Shown: positions 23,878 through 31,518 of the stretch, piece after piece
Position numbering within the stretch: the stretch's first letter is position 1
Layout: each line of letters starts with the position of its first letter
Origin: Actinomycetota bacterium
GTDB lineage: Bacteria > Actinomycetota > Acidimicrobiia > Acidimicrobiales > Ilumatobacteraceae
Length of the DNA: 32,536 nucleotides
Reading direction: 5' to 3'
Assembly: GCA_046093905.1 (NCBI GenBank)
Contig: JBJTGN010000056.1
Span: 1-32,536, forward strand
Made by a program: the position numbers and the translations under genes
Notes under the pieces: model-generated
Database searches by the model: none
The model's input: only the letters and a program-made list of their open reading frames with translations
What the model was told of the DNA's origin: nothing

Positions 23878-23894
23878 CGAAGCGAGGTGACGGG
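23864..23894. terminator. Hairpin 1 (selC 3' acceptor/T-stem strand paired with downstream flank); candidate factor-independent, bidirectional terminator
   Basis: CCCGTC-C-ACCTC-C-GC GAA GC-GAGGT-GACGGG gives 13 bp with two single-C bulges and a GAA loop. No U-tract on either strand. It lies between convergent selC and the sigma gene. Confidence 0.35.
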
Positions 23895-23920
23895 CAATCG
23901 GGAGGAGTGCAACGACGGAT

Positions 23921-23951
23921 CCCGTCCACCTCCGCGAAGCGAGGTGACGGG
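23921..23951. terminator. Hairpin 2 (identical copy), 44 nt downstream of the sigma-factor stop on the minus strand
   Basis: Same 31-nt hairpin sequence as 23864-23894. It is the first structure met by transcripts leaving the sigma gene (stop at 23996-23998). Confidence 0.4.
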
Positions 23952-23995
23952 ACGCCGTCGCTCCACGACGGTCCCGATGACCATCCCCAGCGAGG

Positions 23996-24937
23996 TCAGA
24001 CGGCCAGGAGGTCGCGTGCGCCAGTGTCGCTCGACGGATGACGCAACTTGCTCATTGCACGAGCCTCGATCTGGCGGATGCGCTCACGGGTGAGGTTGAA
24101 GTGCTCTCCGACCTCTTCGAGTGTCCGCGGCTCGCCACGGTCGAGGCCGAAGCGCAACTTGAGAATCTCGCGCTCGCGTTCGTCGAGAGGTGCCAGCAGA
24201 CGCTGGATCTCCTCGGGCAGCAGAGCTGTGGCTGCCACTTCGAACGGGCTTTCGGCAGACCGGTCTTCGACGACGTCGCCGAGTTCGGCATCTCCGTCTT
24301 CGCGCAACGGCTCGCTGAGCGACAGGGGCTCGGCTGCGAAGCGCAGAGCTTCCGTCACCTTGTCCTCGGGCATCTCGACTTCTTCGGCCAGTTCGCGCAG
24401 CGTGGGCTGTCGGCCGAACTTGAGCTCGAGGCGGGTACGAGCCTTTTGCAGACGTGCCAGCGTGTCACCGGCATGGACGGGAAGGCGAATGGTTCGTCCC
24501 GTGTTGGCGATACCGCGGGTGATCGCCTGGCGAATCCACCAGGTGGCGTAGGTGGAGAACTTGAAGCCCTTGCGCCAGTCGAACTTCTCGACGGCGTGCA
24601 TCAGACCGAGGTTGCCCTCCTGAATGAGGTCGAGAAGGGGAAGTCCTGAGGCCTGATACTTCTTGGCAATCGACACCACGAGGCGCAGGTTCGATTGGAC
24701 GAATGCCCTCTCTGCGATCTCGCCCTCTTTGACGAGGTTGCGCAACTCTCGCTTGCGGGCCGGAGTCAGGCTCTTGTAGTCGGCCGCCTGGCTGGCTTCG
24801 ACAGCGGCTTTTCCGGCTTCGATCTGCTTGGCCAGACGAACTTCGTCGTCCTTGGTGAGGAGTGTGTACTGACCGATGTCGGACAGATACAGACGGACCA
24901 GGTCTTCTTCATCACGGTCGACGCGATCCTTGGCCAC
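23996..24937 (-). CDS. RNA polymerase sigma-70 family factor, RpoD-like without a long region 1.1 (group-2 / SigB-like)
   Basis: 313 aa. Region 1.2 is DLVRLYLSDIGQYTLLTKDDEVRLAKQIEAG. Region 2 is LRLVVSIAKKYQASGLPLLDLIQEGNLGLMHAVEKFDWRKGFKFSTYATWWIRQAI. Region 4.2 is LEEVGEHFNLTRERIRQIEARAMSKLRHP. GTG start at 24937 with GTGAGG 7 nt upstream. Confidence 0.9.
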   Translation of the reverse strand: MAKDRVDRDEEDLVRLYLSDIGQYTLLTKDDEVRLAKQIEAGKAAVEASQAADYKSLTPARKRELRNLVKEGEIAERAFVQSNLRLVVSIAKKYQASGLPLLDLIQEGNLGLMHAVEKFDWRKGFKFSTYATWWIRQAITRGIANTGRTIRLPVHAGDTLARLQKARTRLELKFGRQPTLRELAEEVEMPEDKVTEALRFAAEPLSLSEPLREDGDAELGDVVEDRSAESPFEVAATALLPEEIQRLLAPLDEREREILKLRFGLDRGEPRTLEEVGEHFNLTRERIRQIEARAMSKLRHPSSDTGARDLLAV

Positions 24938-24975
24938 TGGCGAACCTCACTTCTTCGATCGTTGCCCACTTGCTC

Positions 24976-25009
24976 CGAGTCGGATGCTCAGATCGATGCC
25001 TCCGACTCG
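24976..25009. promoter_or_regulatory. 9-bp perfect inverted repeat CGAGTCGGA-N16-TCCGACTCG in the sigma-gene leader / divergent intergenic region
   Basis: Read directly. It lies 40-70 nt upstream of the sigma GTG on the minus strand, within a 284-bp non-coding gap. The function is inferred. Confidence 0.25.
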
Positions 25010-25221
25010 TACAACATCGATGACGGGAGCATCTCCCCCATCTACGTCGTGTTGCGGGGAACGATACCGACGTCTGCGGGATCGCCAACCAGAACTCGCA
25101 ACTTCGACCGAGCTTTCGATGCGCCCGAAACGGAATTTTGTTGGCAGTCGATGTTGAAATATGCGAGCCGATCTGGTTTGCGCGCGGACTCAAGTTCTGG
25201 GCCACCGGGTATCGTGTGGCC

Positions 25222-26034
25222 ATGAGCAACCCACTTCTCAATGACAAGCGTCTCGAGCAAGCTGCAGCGGCTGATCGCAACGGGTGGGCCGCCCCTGATC
25301 CCGCACAACATGCACCGATCACTGATGGACCGATCAGCCCGTGGACCGGTGCGCAGCGTGCGATGACTGTCGGAGGCACCGCGAGTGCTGCTGCGGTCCT
25401 GTTCGTTCTGCTCCTGGCGGGAGCAACAGTTGGCTGGCTCGGCGTCGATGCGCCCGAGGGTGAGGTCTACACGTTCCCGACGTTTGCATTCGTCGGACTC
25501 CTCGTCGGCTTCGCACTCGCGATCTTTCTCGCCTTCAAGCCTCACCTCGCGAAATTCCTCGCTCCTGTCTACGCAGTAGCGGAAGGACTCTTCGTCGGTG
25601 CGATCAGTCGTGCCTACGAGACGTACTACGACGGCATCGTGGTGCAGGCGGCAGGCGCGACGATCGCAGTGTTCCTCTCGATGCTGGCTCTGTACGGCCT
25701 GAGGATCATCAAAGTGACCGACAAGTTCCGCCGTGTCGTCATTGGTGCAACGATCGGCATTGCCGTGTTTTACGGCATCTCGCTGTTGATGCACCTGTTC
25801 GGAGCCACTCCGCCGTTCATCCAGTCGACGAGCCTGTTCGGAATCGGATTCAGCTTCTTCGTGGCGGGTCTGGCGGCGTTCAATCTCGCACTCGACTTCG
25901 ATTTCATCGAGCGGGGTTCGAAGGAGAAGATGCCCGAGTCGGTCGAGTGGTTCGCTGCATTCGGTTTGTTGGTCACGGTCGTCTGGCTCTACCTGGAGAT
26001 TCTGCGACTTCTCGCCAAACTGCGCGAACGGTGA
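25222..26034 (+). CDS. Bax inhibitor-1/YccA-family membrane protein (actinobacterial BaxI_1 type)
   Basis: Start trimmed to ATG 25222 (MSNPLLNDKRLEQ). A soluble N-terminal segment is followed by about seven TM helices. The C-terminus AFGLLVTVVWLYLEILRLLAKLRER is typical of the family. Confidence 0.75.
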   Translation: MSNPLLNDKRLEQAAAADRNGWAAPDPAQHAPITDGPISPWTGAQRAMTVGGTASAAAVLFVLLLAGATVGWLGVDAPEGEVYTFPTFAFVGLLVGFALAIFLAFKPHLAKFLAPVYAVAEGLFVGAISRAYETYYDGIVVQAAGATIAVFLSMLALYGLRIIKVTDKFRRVVIGATIGIAVFYGISLLMHLFGATPPFIQSTSLFGIGFSFFVAGLAAFNLALDFDFIERGSKEKMPESVEWFAAFGLLVTVVWLYLEILRLLAKLRER

Positions 26035-26726
26035 ACGTCCTGCGGTCGGTTCGACGTGATTCGGACCGACCGGACGGGCGCCTCGTGAGCGTCTGTCTGA
26101 TCGCAATCGTCTGCCTTTGGTCGGCGCGATTCGCTCAGTATCTCGTACCCAGTGATTGGACGAGACTTGCGGAGTTGAACTGGTGGGCGGGAACCCAGAT
26201 CCTCTTCTACGGAATCGTTCCACTGGTGATGGTGCGAGTGATTGGCCTTGTTCCGGGTGATGTGGGCTGGCGATGGTCCGGTTCGTGGCGTCATGCCTCG
26301 ACGTACGCCGTTCTGTTCGCCATCGCATTGCCGTTCGTGATCGCTGTCTCCGGATCAGCCGACTTCTTGGAGCATTATCCGATTCTCGAAATCGAGCCGG
26401 GTCAGCAAGGGGTTTGGAACGATCTGTTGATCTGGTGGCCGTTCTACGCTGCTCAGTTCGTTGCGATCGAGTCCTTCTTTCGCGGCGTGCTCGTCCTCGG
26501 TCTGTCGAAGTACGTCGGCTCGGCGTCGATCCTCATCGCGGCGGTTCCGTACATGATGATTCACTTCGTCAAACCACCCGCTGAAGCACTGGCATCGGTC
26601 ATCGGCGGGTTCGTGCTCGGATATCTCGCATTGCGGACGCGCAGCATCGTCTGGGGTATTGCACTGCACATCGCAGTTGCCGCGTCGATGGATATCGCGG
26701 CACTCGCGCACAAAGGTTTCTTGTGA
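26031..26726 (+). CDS. CPBP-family (CAAX/Abi) intramembrane metalloprotease-like protein
   Basis: GTG 26031 forms a GTGA overlap with the BI-1 stop. CPBP motifs: AIESFFRGVL (motif 1, but IExxxR rather than EExxxR), MMIHFVK (FxxxH-like) and ALHIAVAASMD (HxxxD). Confidence 0.7.
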   Translation: MNVLRSVRRDSDRPDGRLVSVCLIAIVCLWSARFAQYLVPSDWTRLAELNWWAGTQILFYGIVPLVMVRVIGLVPGDVGWRWSGSWRHASTYAVLFAIALPFVIAVSGSADFLEHYPILEIEPGQQGVWNDLLIWWPFYAAQFVAIESFFRGVLVLGLSKYVGSASILIAAVPYMMIHFVKPPAEALASVIGGFVLGYLALRTRSIVWGIALHIAVAASMDIAALAHKGFL

Positions 26727-27695
26727 CTACAGCGTGCGGAGGAAACCGAGGAGTGCCTCGTTGAACTCCTTCGGCGCTTCTTGTTGAGTCCAATGACCCG
26801 CACCCGGGATCATCACTTTGCCGCGGTAGTTCGGAAGCAGGTCGTTCATCGCGTCGACGTATTCCGGTCGGCCAGCAATGACTCCGTCCTTCTCACCTCC
26901 GATGAAGAACGACGGCATCGACACAGCGGTCGTAGGAATGTCCTTCACCAGCGCGAAGTTGGCATCGAGGTTGCGATACCAACTCACTGGTCCGAAGAAG
27001 CCGCTGTTCGTGAACTGCTCGACGTAATAGTCGAGATCGGCAGCCGTCAGCCAGGACGGAAGGTGCTCAGGGACGTCCTTGAACATGTCGAGGAATCCAG
27101 TTCCCTCCATTGGTGGAAATTCCGTTGGCATGCCCTTGTACATCTCTCCCGATGCACCCCAGAGGATCTGATGCATGGTGTGGCGCACGTCTGCTTCGAG
27201 TTCGCGTTCGGCGGGGCCAACCGGTTGGAAATACAAGATGTAGAAGAAGCGGTCTCCCCACATTGCTTTCATGAGGTCGGTCGGTGGCGCTGGCCATGCA
27301 GTGAAGGGAACGCTGACACCGACGACGGCATCGACCCGATTCGGATGGAGTCGTGCTGCGTCCCAGACGACCATTGCGCCCCAGTCGTGGCCGACGAACG
27401 TCGCAGTTTCATGATTCGCAGCATCGAGCAGGGCAACGAGGTCTCCGGTGAGGTGACCGATGCCGTACGCGTCGACGTTCTGGGGTGCACTCGAGAACCC
27501 GTATCCGCGTTGGTCAGGAGCGATGACGTGATAGCCGGCGTTGGCAAGAACGGGAATCTGGTGACGCCACGAGTAGGCGGATTCCGGGAATCCATGGCTC
27601 AAGATCACACATGGCCCAGATGGATCTCCAGCCTCGGTTACGCGAAGGTCGACTCCGTTGACGTGGATCGTTCGTTGTTGCACAGTTACGCTCAC
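26727..27695 (-). CDS. Alpha/beta-fold epoxide hydrolase
   Basis: LSHGFPESAYSWRHQIPVLANAGYHVIAPDQRGYGFSS is the HGxP oxyanion motif. FVGHDWGAMVVW carries the nucleophile Asp, and the C-terminal GAGHWTQQE carries the His. GTG start at 27695. Its stop directly abuts the convergent CPBP stop. Confidence 0.85.
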   Translation of the reverse strand: MSVTVQQRTIHVNGVDLRVTEAGDPSGPCVILSHGFPESAYSWRHQIPVLANAGYHVIAPDQRGYGFSSAPQNVDAYGIGHLTGDLVALLDAANHETATFVGHDWGAMVVWDAARLHPNRVDAVVGVSVPFTAWPAPPTDLMKAMWGDRFFYILYFQPVGPAERELEADVRHTMHQILWGASGEMYKGMPTEFPPMEGTGFLDMFKDVPEHLPSWLTAADLDYYVEQFTNSGFFGPVSWYRNLDANFALVKDIPTTAVSMPSFFIGGEKDGVIAGRPEYVDAMNDLLPNYRGKVMIPGAGHWTQQEAPKEFNEALLGFLRTL

Positions 27696-27763
27696 GCGTC
27701 AATCATGCTCGTCGGGGTCGAGGCTCAGCGAGCCGAGATCCGCTGGCCGATCGACCTCTCCTG

Positions 27764-28057
27764 TCAGCGCGGGAGGCGACGCAGAAGAGGATTCTCTTCG
27801 AGAAGAGTTTCGGGGAGAGTTTCACCTGTGACTTCGTCGGTCCAGTAGGTGCCGGCATCGAGTCGACTGAGGGCCGCTTCGACGGCAGCGAGATCGCTTT
27901 CGATCGCACTGAGATCGGTCGAACCGGAACGAACGTCGACTGCTGTGGATGCCTGTGAAGGTTCATCCATCGGTTCACCCATGGAGATGTCGACACTTCC
28001 GTCGCTGCGCTCATCGGACACGGCTTCACAGTACTCACCGCTAGCCTCACTCACCAT
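27764..28057 (-). CDS. DksA/TraR-like protein lacking the zinc-finger cysteines
   Basis: ATG 28057 is preceded by AAGGAG at 5-nt spacing. An acidic N-terminal region is followed by LSAIESDLAAVEAALSRLDAGTYWTDEVTGETLPETLLEENPLLRRLPR. This matches the DksA/TraR C-terminal pattern (L..AL.RL..GtYG.Ce.CGe.I...RL...P), but every Cys position is substituted or truncated. Confidence 0.55.
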   Translation of the reverse strand: MVSEASGEYCEAVSDERSDGSVDISMGEPMDEPSQASTAVDVRSGSTDLSAIESDLAAVEAALSRLDAGTYWTDEVTGETLPETLLEENPLLRRLPR

Positions 28058-28124
28058 GCCCACTCCTTTCCCTCCCTTCGATGGATCAGCTCCCAAGTGC
28101 CAGACGTTCAAGGAGGAGCCCGAA

Positions 28125-28613
28125 ATGGGCATCGATGTCTCCAAGCGCTACACGGCAACGATGGAGACATCGATGGGAACGCTGGTGATCGCCCTCGATG
28201 CGGTCAAGGCTCCGCGCACGGTCAACAGTTTCGTGTTCCTTGCGCTGAACCACTATTACGACGGAGTGATCTTCCATCGCATCATCAAGGGTTTCGTGTG
28301 CCAAGGCGGCGACCCCACGGGGACCGGTCGCGGTGGCCCGGGATATCGCTTCGACGACGAGTTGCCGAAGGCCGGTCAGTACGAAATCGGCTCGCTCGCT
28401 ATGGCCAATGCCGGACCGAACACCAATGGTTCTCAGTTCTTCTTGATCAGCGGTCCCGATGGCGTTCGTCTCCCACCGGCGTATGCGCTCTTCGGAAAAG
28501 TCGTCAAGGGCCTCGACGTCGTGGAAGCAATGCAGAACGTGCCCACCGGTCCTGGTGACCGTCCGAAGACCGATGTGGTCATCGAGTCGGTGACCATCAG
28601 CGTGGCTGACTGA
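28125..28613 (+). CDS. Peptidyl-prolyl cis-trans isomerase, cyclophilin type
   Basis: ATG 28125 with AGGAGG 8 nt upstream. Cyclophilin signatures: FHRIIKGFVCQGGDPTGTGRGGPGY and MANAGPNTNGSQFF. Confidence 0.95.
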   Translation: MGIDVSKRYTATMETSMGTLVIALDAVKAPRTVNSFVFLALNHYYDGVIFHRIIKGFVCQGGDPTGTGRGGPGYRFDDELPKAGQYEIGSLAMANAGPNTNGSQFFLISGPDGVRLPPAYALFGKVVKGLDVVEAMQNVPTGPGDRPKTDVVIESVTISVAD

Positions 28614-28650
28614 TTCGTCGCGAAAGCTGTTCGGGAAGTCTCGACGCACG

Positions 28651-29418
28651 ATGCCAAACGGGAGACTCAAGCGTGAGTCGGTGACTCGACCTCATGTCGC
28701 CGTGGCAGGTCGCCTGGCGGCAGCTGGTCGGGTGTCTCGCAGTGAGATCTCTTTTGCAGGGCGCGTCTATCTCGATGCTGTCTTGCGTGCAGGCGGGGAA
28801 CCGTTGACGTTGAGCCCGCGCGAACTGCGACATGACGAGGCAGTTGATCTCTTGTCGCGATTCGGCGCTCTCGTTCTGATGGGAGGATCCGACGTCGATC
28901 CTCATCTGTACGGCCAGCAACGCCAGCCACATGTGTATGGCGTGAATCACGAACAGGATCACTTCGAGATCGCACTCGTTCGTGCGGCCATCGAGATGAA
29001 GTTGCCGACCCTTGCCATCTGTCGAGGGATTCAGATCGTCAACGTCGCACTTGGCGGCACGCTGATCCAGCACATCGGGGACATTCCCGGAGTGATCCAA
29101 CACGCGCCGGACAAATTTCCTGCGGGTCAGGATTACGTCTTGCACGAGGTCGAGGTGCTCCCGAGAACACGACTGTCGAAGGCGCTCGGCGCGACCAAAG
29201 TACGTGTTGCTTCATTCCATCATCAAGGTCTCGATCAGGTGGCGTCCGATCTGAAGGTTGTTGCAACCTCCTCGGACGGACTCGTCGAGGGACTCGAGCA
29301 TCGCGGTGCAGGTCAGTGGATCATCGGCGTTCAATGGCATCCGGAGGACACCGCTTCGACTGACCCACATCAACAGTCTCTCTACGATGCATTGATCGAC
29401 CAGGCACGTCGACGTTGA
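28651..29418 (+). CDS. Class I glutamine amidotransferase, gamma-glutamyl-GABA hydrolase (peptidase C26/PuuD-like) family
   Basis: LAICRGIQIVNVALGGTLIQH carries the nucleophile Cys, and GVQWHPE carries the catalytic His. The start may be GTG 28681 instead. Confidence 0.8.
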   Translation: MPNGRLKRESVTRPHVAVAGRLAAAGRVSRSEISFAGRVYLDAVLRAGGEPLTLSPRELRHDEAVDLLSRFGALVLMGGSDVDPHLYGQQRQPHVYGVNHEQDHFEIALVRAAIEMKLPTLAICRGIQIVNVALGGTLIQHIGDIPGVIQHAPDKFPAGQDYVLHEVEVLPRTRLSKALGATKVRVASFHHQGLDQVASDLKVVATSSDGLVEGLEHRGAGQWIIGVQWHPEDTASTDPHQQSLYDALIDQARRR

Positions 29419-29422
29419 CGAG

Positions 29423-30289
29423 TCAGACGTTGGTGAATGGCGCGCTCGGTGCCATTGCCCAGCGCAATGTCGTGACGAGAACACGACCGGCCGGTTGAAC
29501 GACCATCTTCTCGCTCACAGGAAGCCACGGAAGACGGAGCGGGATTCGGGCCCAAACGGGCAGCAATGAGATTGCGGCTGCAGAGAGAAGGCCGTACGCA
29601 GGACGCGCAACGACTGGCAATGGCGCGGAGAACAGCAGGTACTTGGCAGCATCACGTGCTTCGGGACTGCTGCGCAGTTCGGGGCGATACGAGCGGAGCT
29701 GGTCGTGCATGTCGGCAACAGTGCGCGGTGGATCGATGACACCGAGCGCCGATGCAATGCGAGCCATGTCTGCGATGTAGCCGTCTCGCTGATCATCGGT
29801 CAGGTGGACGTCTCCGTAGCAATCGTGAGCGGCAAGAAATGAATCGACCTCCGCAAGATGCACCCACTTGAGAAGATGCGGATCATTGGCCTCGTAGGGG
29901 AGACCGTCTCGGGTCGTCCCTGTGACCCGTTCGTGGACCTTTCGCACCATGTCGATCGCTCGTTGGGATTCCTGTGCAGGTCCGAATGTTGTCGCAGCGA
30001 GGAAGTCAGCTGTTCGCTGTAGACGCCCCCATGGATCGTGTCGATAGTCGGAGTGTTGGGCAACGCCCGCCATTGCACGTGGATGCAACGACTGCAACAG
30101 GAGAGCGCGACGACCGCCCACGAACATGCTCGTGTCGGAGTGAACGATCCTGATCGGTCGGTCGTCTGCGAACCAACGTTCACCATCCGCTTCGAACAGT
30201 TCTCGGGCTCGTTGATCCGGATCGGGCCCGACGACGCGAGAGCGCACGGCTCGAGCGACCAATTCTCTTGCCGGATCGAAGATGTTCAC
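29423..30289 (-). CDS. DUF2236 / MpaB-family oxygenase-like protein
   Basis: FVGGRRALLLQSLHPRAMAGVAQHSDYRHDPWGRLQRTADFL matches the conserved DUF2236 core as I recall it. Confidence 0.7.
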   Translation of the reverse strand: MNIFDPARELVARAVRSRVVGPDPDQRARELFEADGERWFADDRPIRIVHSDTSMFVGGRRALLLQSLHPRAMAGVAQHSDYRHDPWGRLQRTADFLAATTFGPAQESQRAIDMVRKVHERVTGTTRDGLPYEANDPHLLKWVHLAEVDSFLAAHDCYGDVHLTDDQRDGYIADMARIASALGVIDPPRTVADMHDQLRSYRPELRSSPEARDAAKYLLFSAPLPVVARPAYGLLSAAAISLLPVWARIPLRLPWLPVSEKMVVQPAGRVLVTTLRWAMAPSAPFTNV

Positions 30290-30348
30290 CCGTTCATCGT
30301 CTCACGGATGCCGACATCGTGCCCACGCGGGCTGGATACGCTCGTCAC

Positions 30349-31518
30349 ATGTCCGACACGCCTCCGGCACCGGAACAGAACTCGAACAAGATGCCTCGAT
30401 GGATCTGGAAGGCCGTCATCGTCTTCTGGCTCGGGTTCCTCGGGACGTTCTTCATCCGGTACGCCTACGACAAGTTGTTCTCCCTGTTCCTGCTCCTGCT
30501 CGTGGCGTTGTTCCTGTCGCTGGCGATCGAACCTGGGGTCAAACGATTGATCGGACGGGGTTGGCGCAGAGGGAGAGCCACTGGAGTCATCTTGTTGGGT
30601 CTGATAGCCGGTGTCATTTTCTTCATCGCAGCAATCGGAACTTTGGTTGCGACTCAGGCAGCAGACCTCTTGCAGAACTCGGATCGGTACGTCACACGGA
30701 CCGTGAACTTCCTGAACGACACCTTCGGGGCGAACATCGACCCCCAGGAAGTCAACGACAGCATTCAGGACCCCGATGGTCCGGTTCAGGAATTCATCCG
30801 CGGTCAGCAGGGCGAAGCGCTGAAGTTGTCGGTGACCGCACTCGGCCTTCTCCTGCAGGCGTTTTCTGTGATGCTGTTCACCTATTACTTGGTCTCGGAT
30901 GGGCCGCGTATGCGACGTTCGATCTGCAGTCGACTCGAACCGAAGAGACAGCAGGTCGTTCTCGAGACATGGGAACTCGCAATCGACAAGACCGGCGGCT
31001 ATCTCTACAGCCGCGCACTCCTCGCCGGCTTCTCTGCGTTCATCCACTGGGTTGCATTTCAATCGATCGGAACTGCAGCGCCCGTTGCCCTTGCCATTTG
31101 GGTCGGGTTGATCTCACAGTTCATCCCGGTGATCGGCACCTACGTCGCAGGTGTGCTGCCGATCCTCGTGACGTTCATCGACTCGCCAGTGAAGGCACTC
31201 GCCGTCGTTCTCGTGATCATCCTGTATCAGCAATTGGAGAACTTCTTGATCTCGCCGCGCATCACTGCGAGAACGATGGAAATCCATCCGGCGATCTCGT
31301 TCGGATCCGCCATCGCCGGTGGCGCGCTCCTCGGTCCAGTCGGTGCAATTCTCGGTTTGCCGGTAGCGGCGATGGCGGTTGCCCTTGCCAGCGCATACGG
31401 CGAGCGACACGACCTGATCGAGAACGAATTGATTGCCGAACATGCGCGTCCCGAGAAGCAGCGCAGGGTGATGTCGGCTGGTAAGAGATTGCGCTTGCGA
31501 CGCGGTCGCGGACGATGA
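30349..31518 (+). CDS. AI-2E family transporter (PerM/UPF0118)
   Basis: Start trimmed to ATG 30349 (MSDTPPAPEQNS). Multi-pass membrane protein with family-typical FIPVIGTYVAGVLPILV and LYQQLENFLISPRI. Confidence 0.8.
   Translation: MSDTPPAPEQNSNKMPRWIWKAVIVFWLGFLGTFFIRYAYDKLFSLFLLLLVALFLSLAIEPGVKRLIGRGWRRGRATGVILLGLIAGVIFFIAAIGTLVATQAADLLQNSDRYVTRTVNFLNDTFGANIDPQEVNDSIQDPDGPVQEFIRGQQGEALKLSVTALGLLLQAFSVMLFTYYLVSDGPRMRRSICSRLEPKRQQVVLETWELAIDKTGGYLYSRALLAGFSAFIHWVAFQSIGTAAPVALAIWVGLISQFIPVIGTYVAGVLPILVTFIDSPVKALAVVLVIILYQQLENFLISPRITARTMEIHPAISFGSAIAGGALLGPVGAILGLPVAAMAVALASAYGERHDLIENELIAEHARPEKQRRVMSAGKRLRLRRGRGR

Larger units (their letters stand above)
23863..23951. repeat. Exact 32-nt direct repeat (23863-23894 and 23920-23951) containing the selC 3' end plus 17 nt of flank
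   Basis: tcccgtccacctccgcgaagcgaggtgacggg occurs twice with a 57-bp period. Copy 1 starts in the selC T-loop. A third degenerate start (acgacggtcccg, about 23965-23976) resembles the lead-in of copy 2 (acgacggatcccg). Confidence 0.95.

Noticed and set aside
23852-23880. T-arm (GCGGG-TTCGATT-CCCGT) followed by CCACCTCC, considered as the 3' end of a tmRNA (ssrA)
   Set aside because: The matching 5' acceptor strand lies only 93 nt upstream and the intervening sequence folds as a complete tRNA. There is no room for a tag-peptide reading frame or pseudoknots, and the region about 350 nt upstream is tadZ coding sequence.
23863-23951. A 32-nt direct repeat with a 25-nt spacer, which superficially looks like a mini CRISPR array
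   Set aside because: There are only two exact copies, with a decaying third. The repeat is derived from a tRNA 3' end, the spacer is shorter than the repeat, and no cas genes are in the window.
23739-24093. Two overlapping plus-strand ORFs (100 and 112 aa) containing internally repeated peptides (RFPSTSAKRGDG x2, RPPPRSEVTG x2)
   Set aside because: The repeated peptides are simply translations of the 32-nt DNA repeat. The ORFs run through a tRNA gene and into the antisense of the sigma gene. They are explained by selC plus its duplicated 3' end.
25042-26328. 428-aa minus-strand ORF. Similar long antisense ORFs occur at 17284..18432 (382 aa), 22162..23112 (316 aa), 12248..13159 (303 aa), 16643..17500 (285 aa) and 15113..15874 (253 aa).
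   Set aside because: Each lies opposite a gene with clear family motifs (BI-1/CPBP, rsgA, tadA/tadZ, topA, MMPL). Each translates to Arg/Asp/Glu/Ser-rich sequence without TM helices or motifs. They are shadow ORFs, not overlapping genes.
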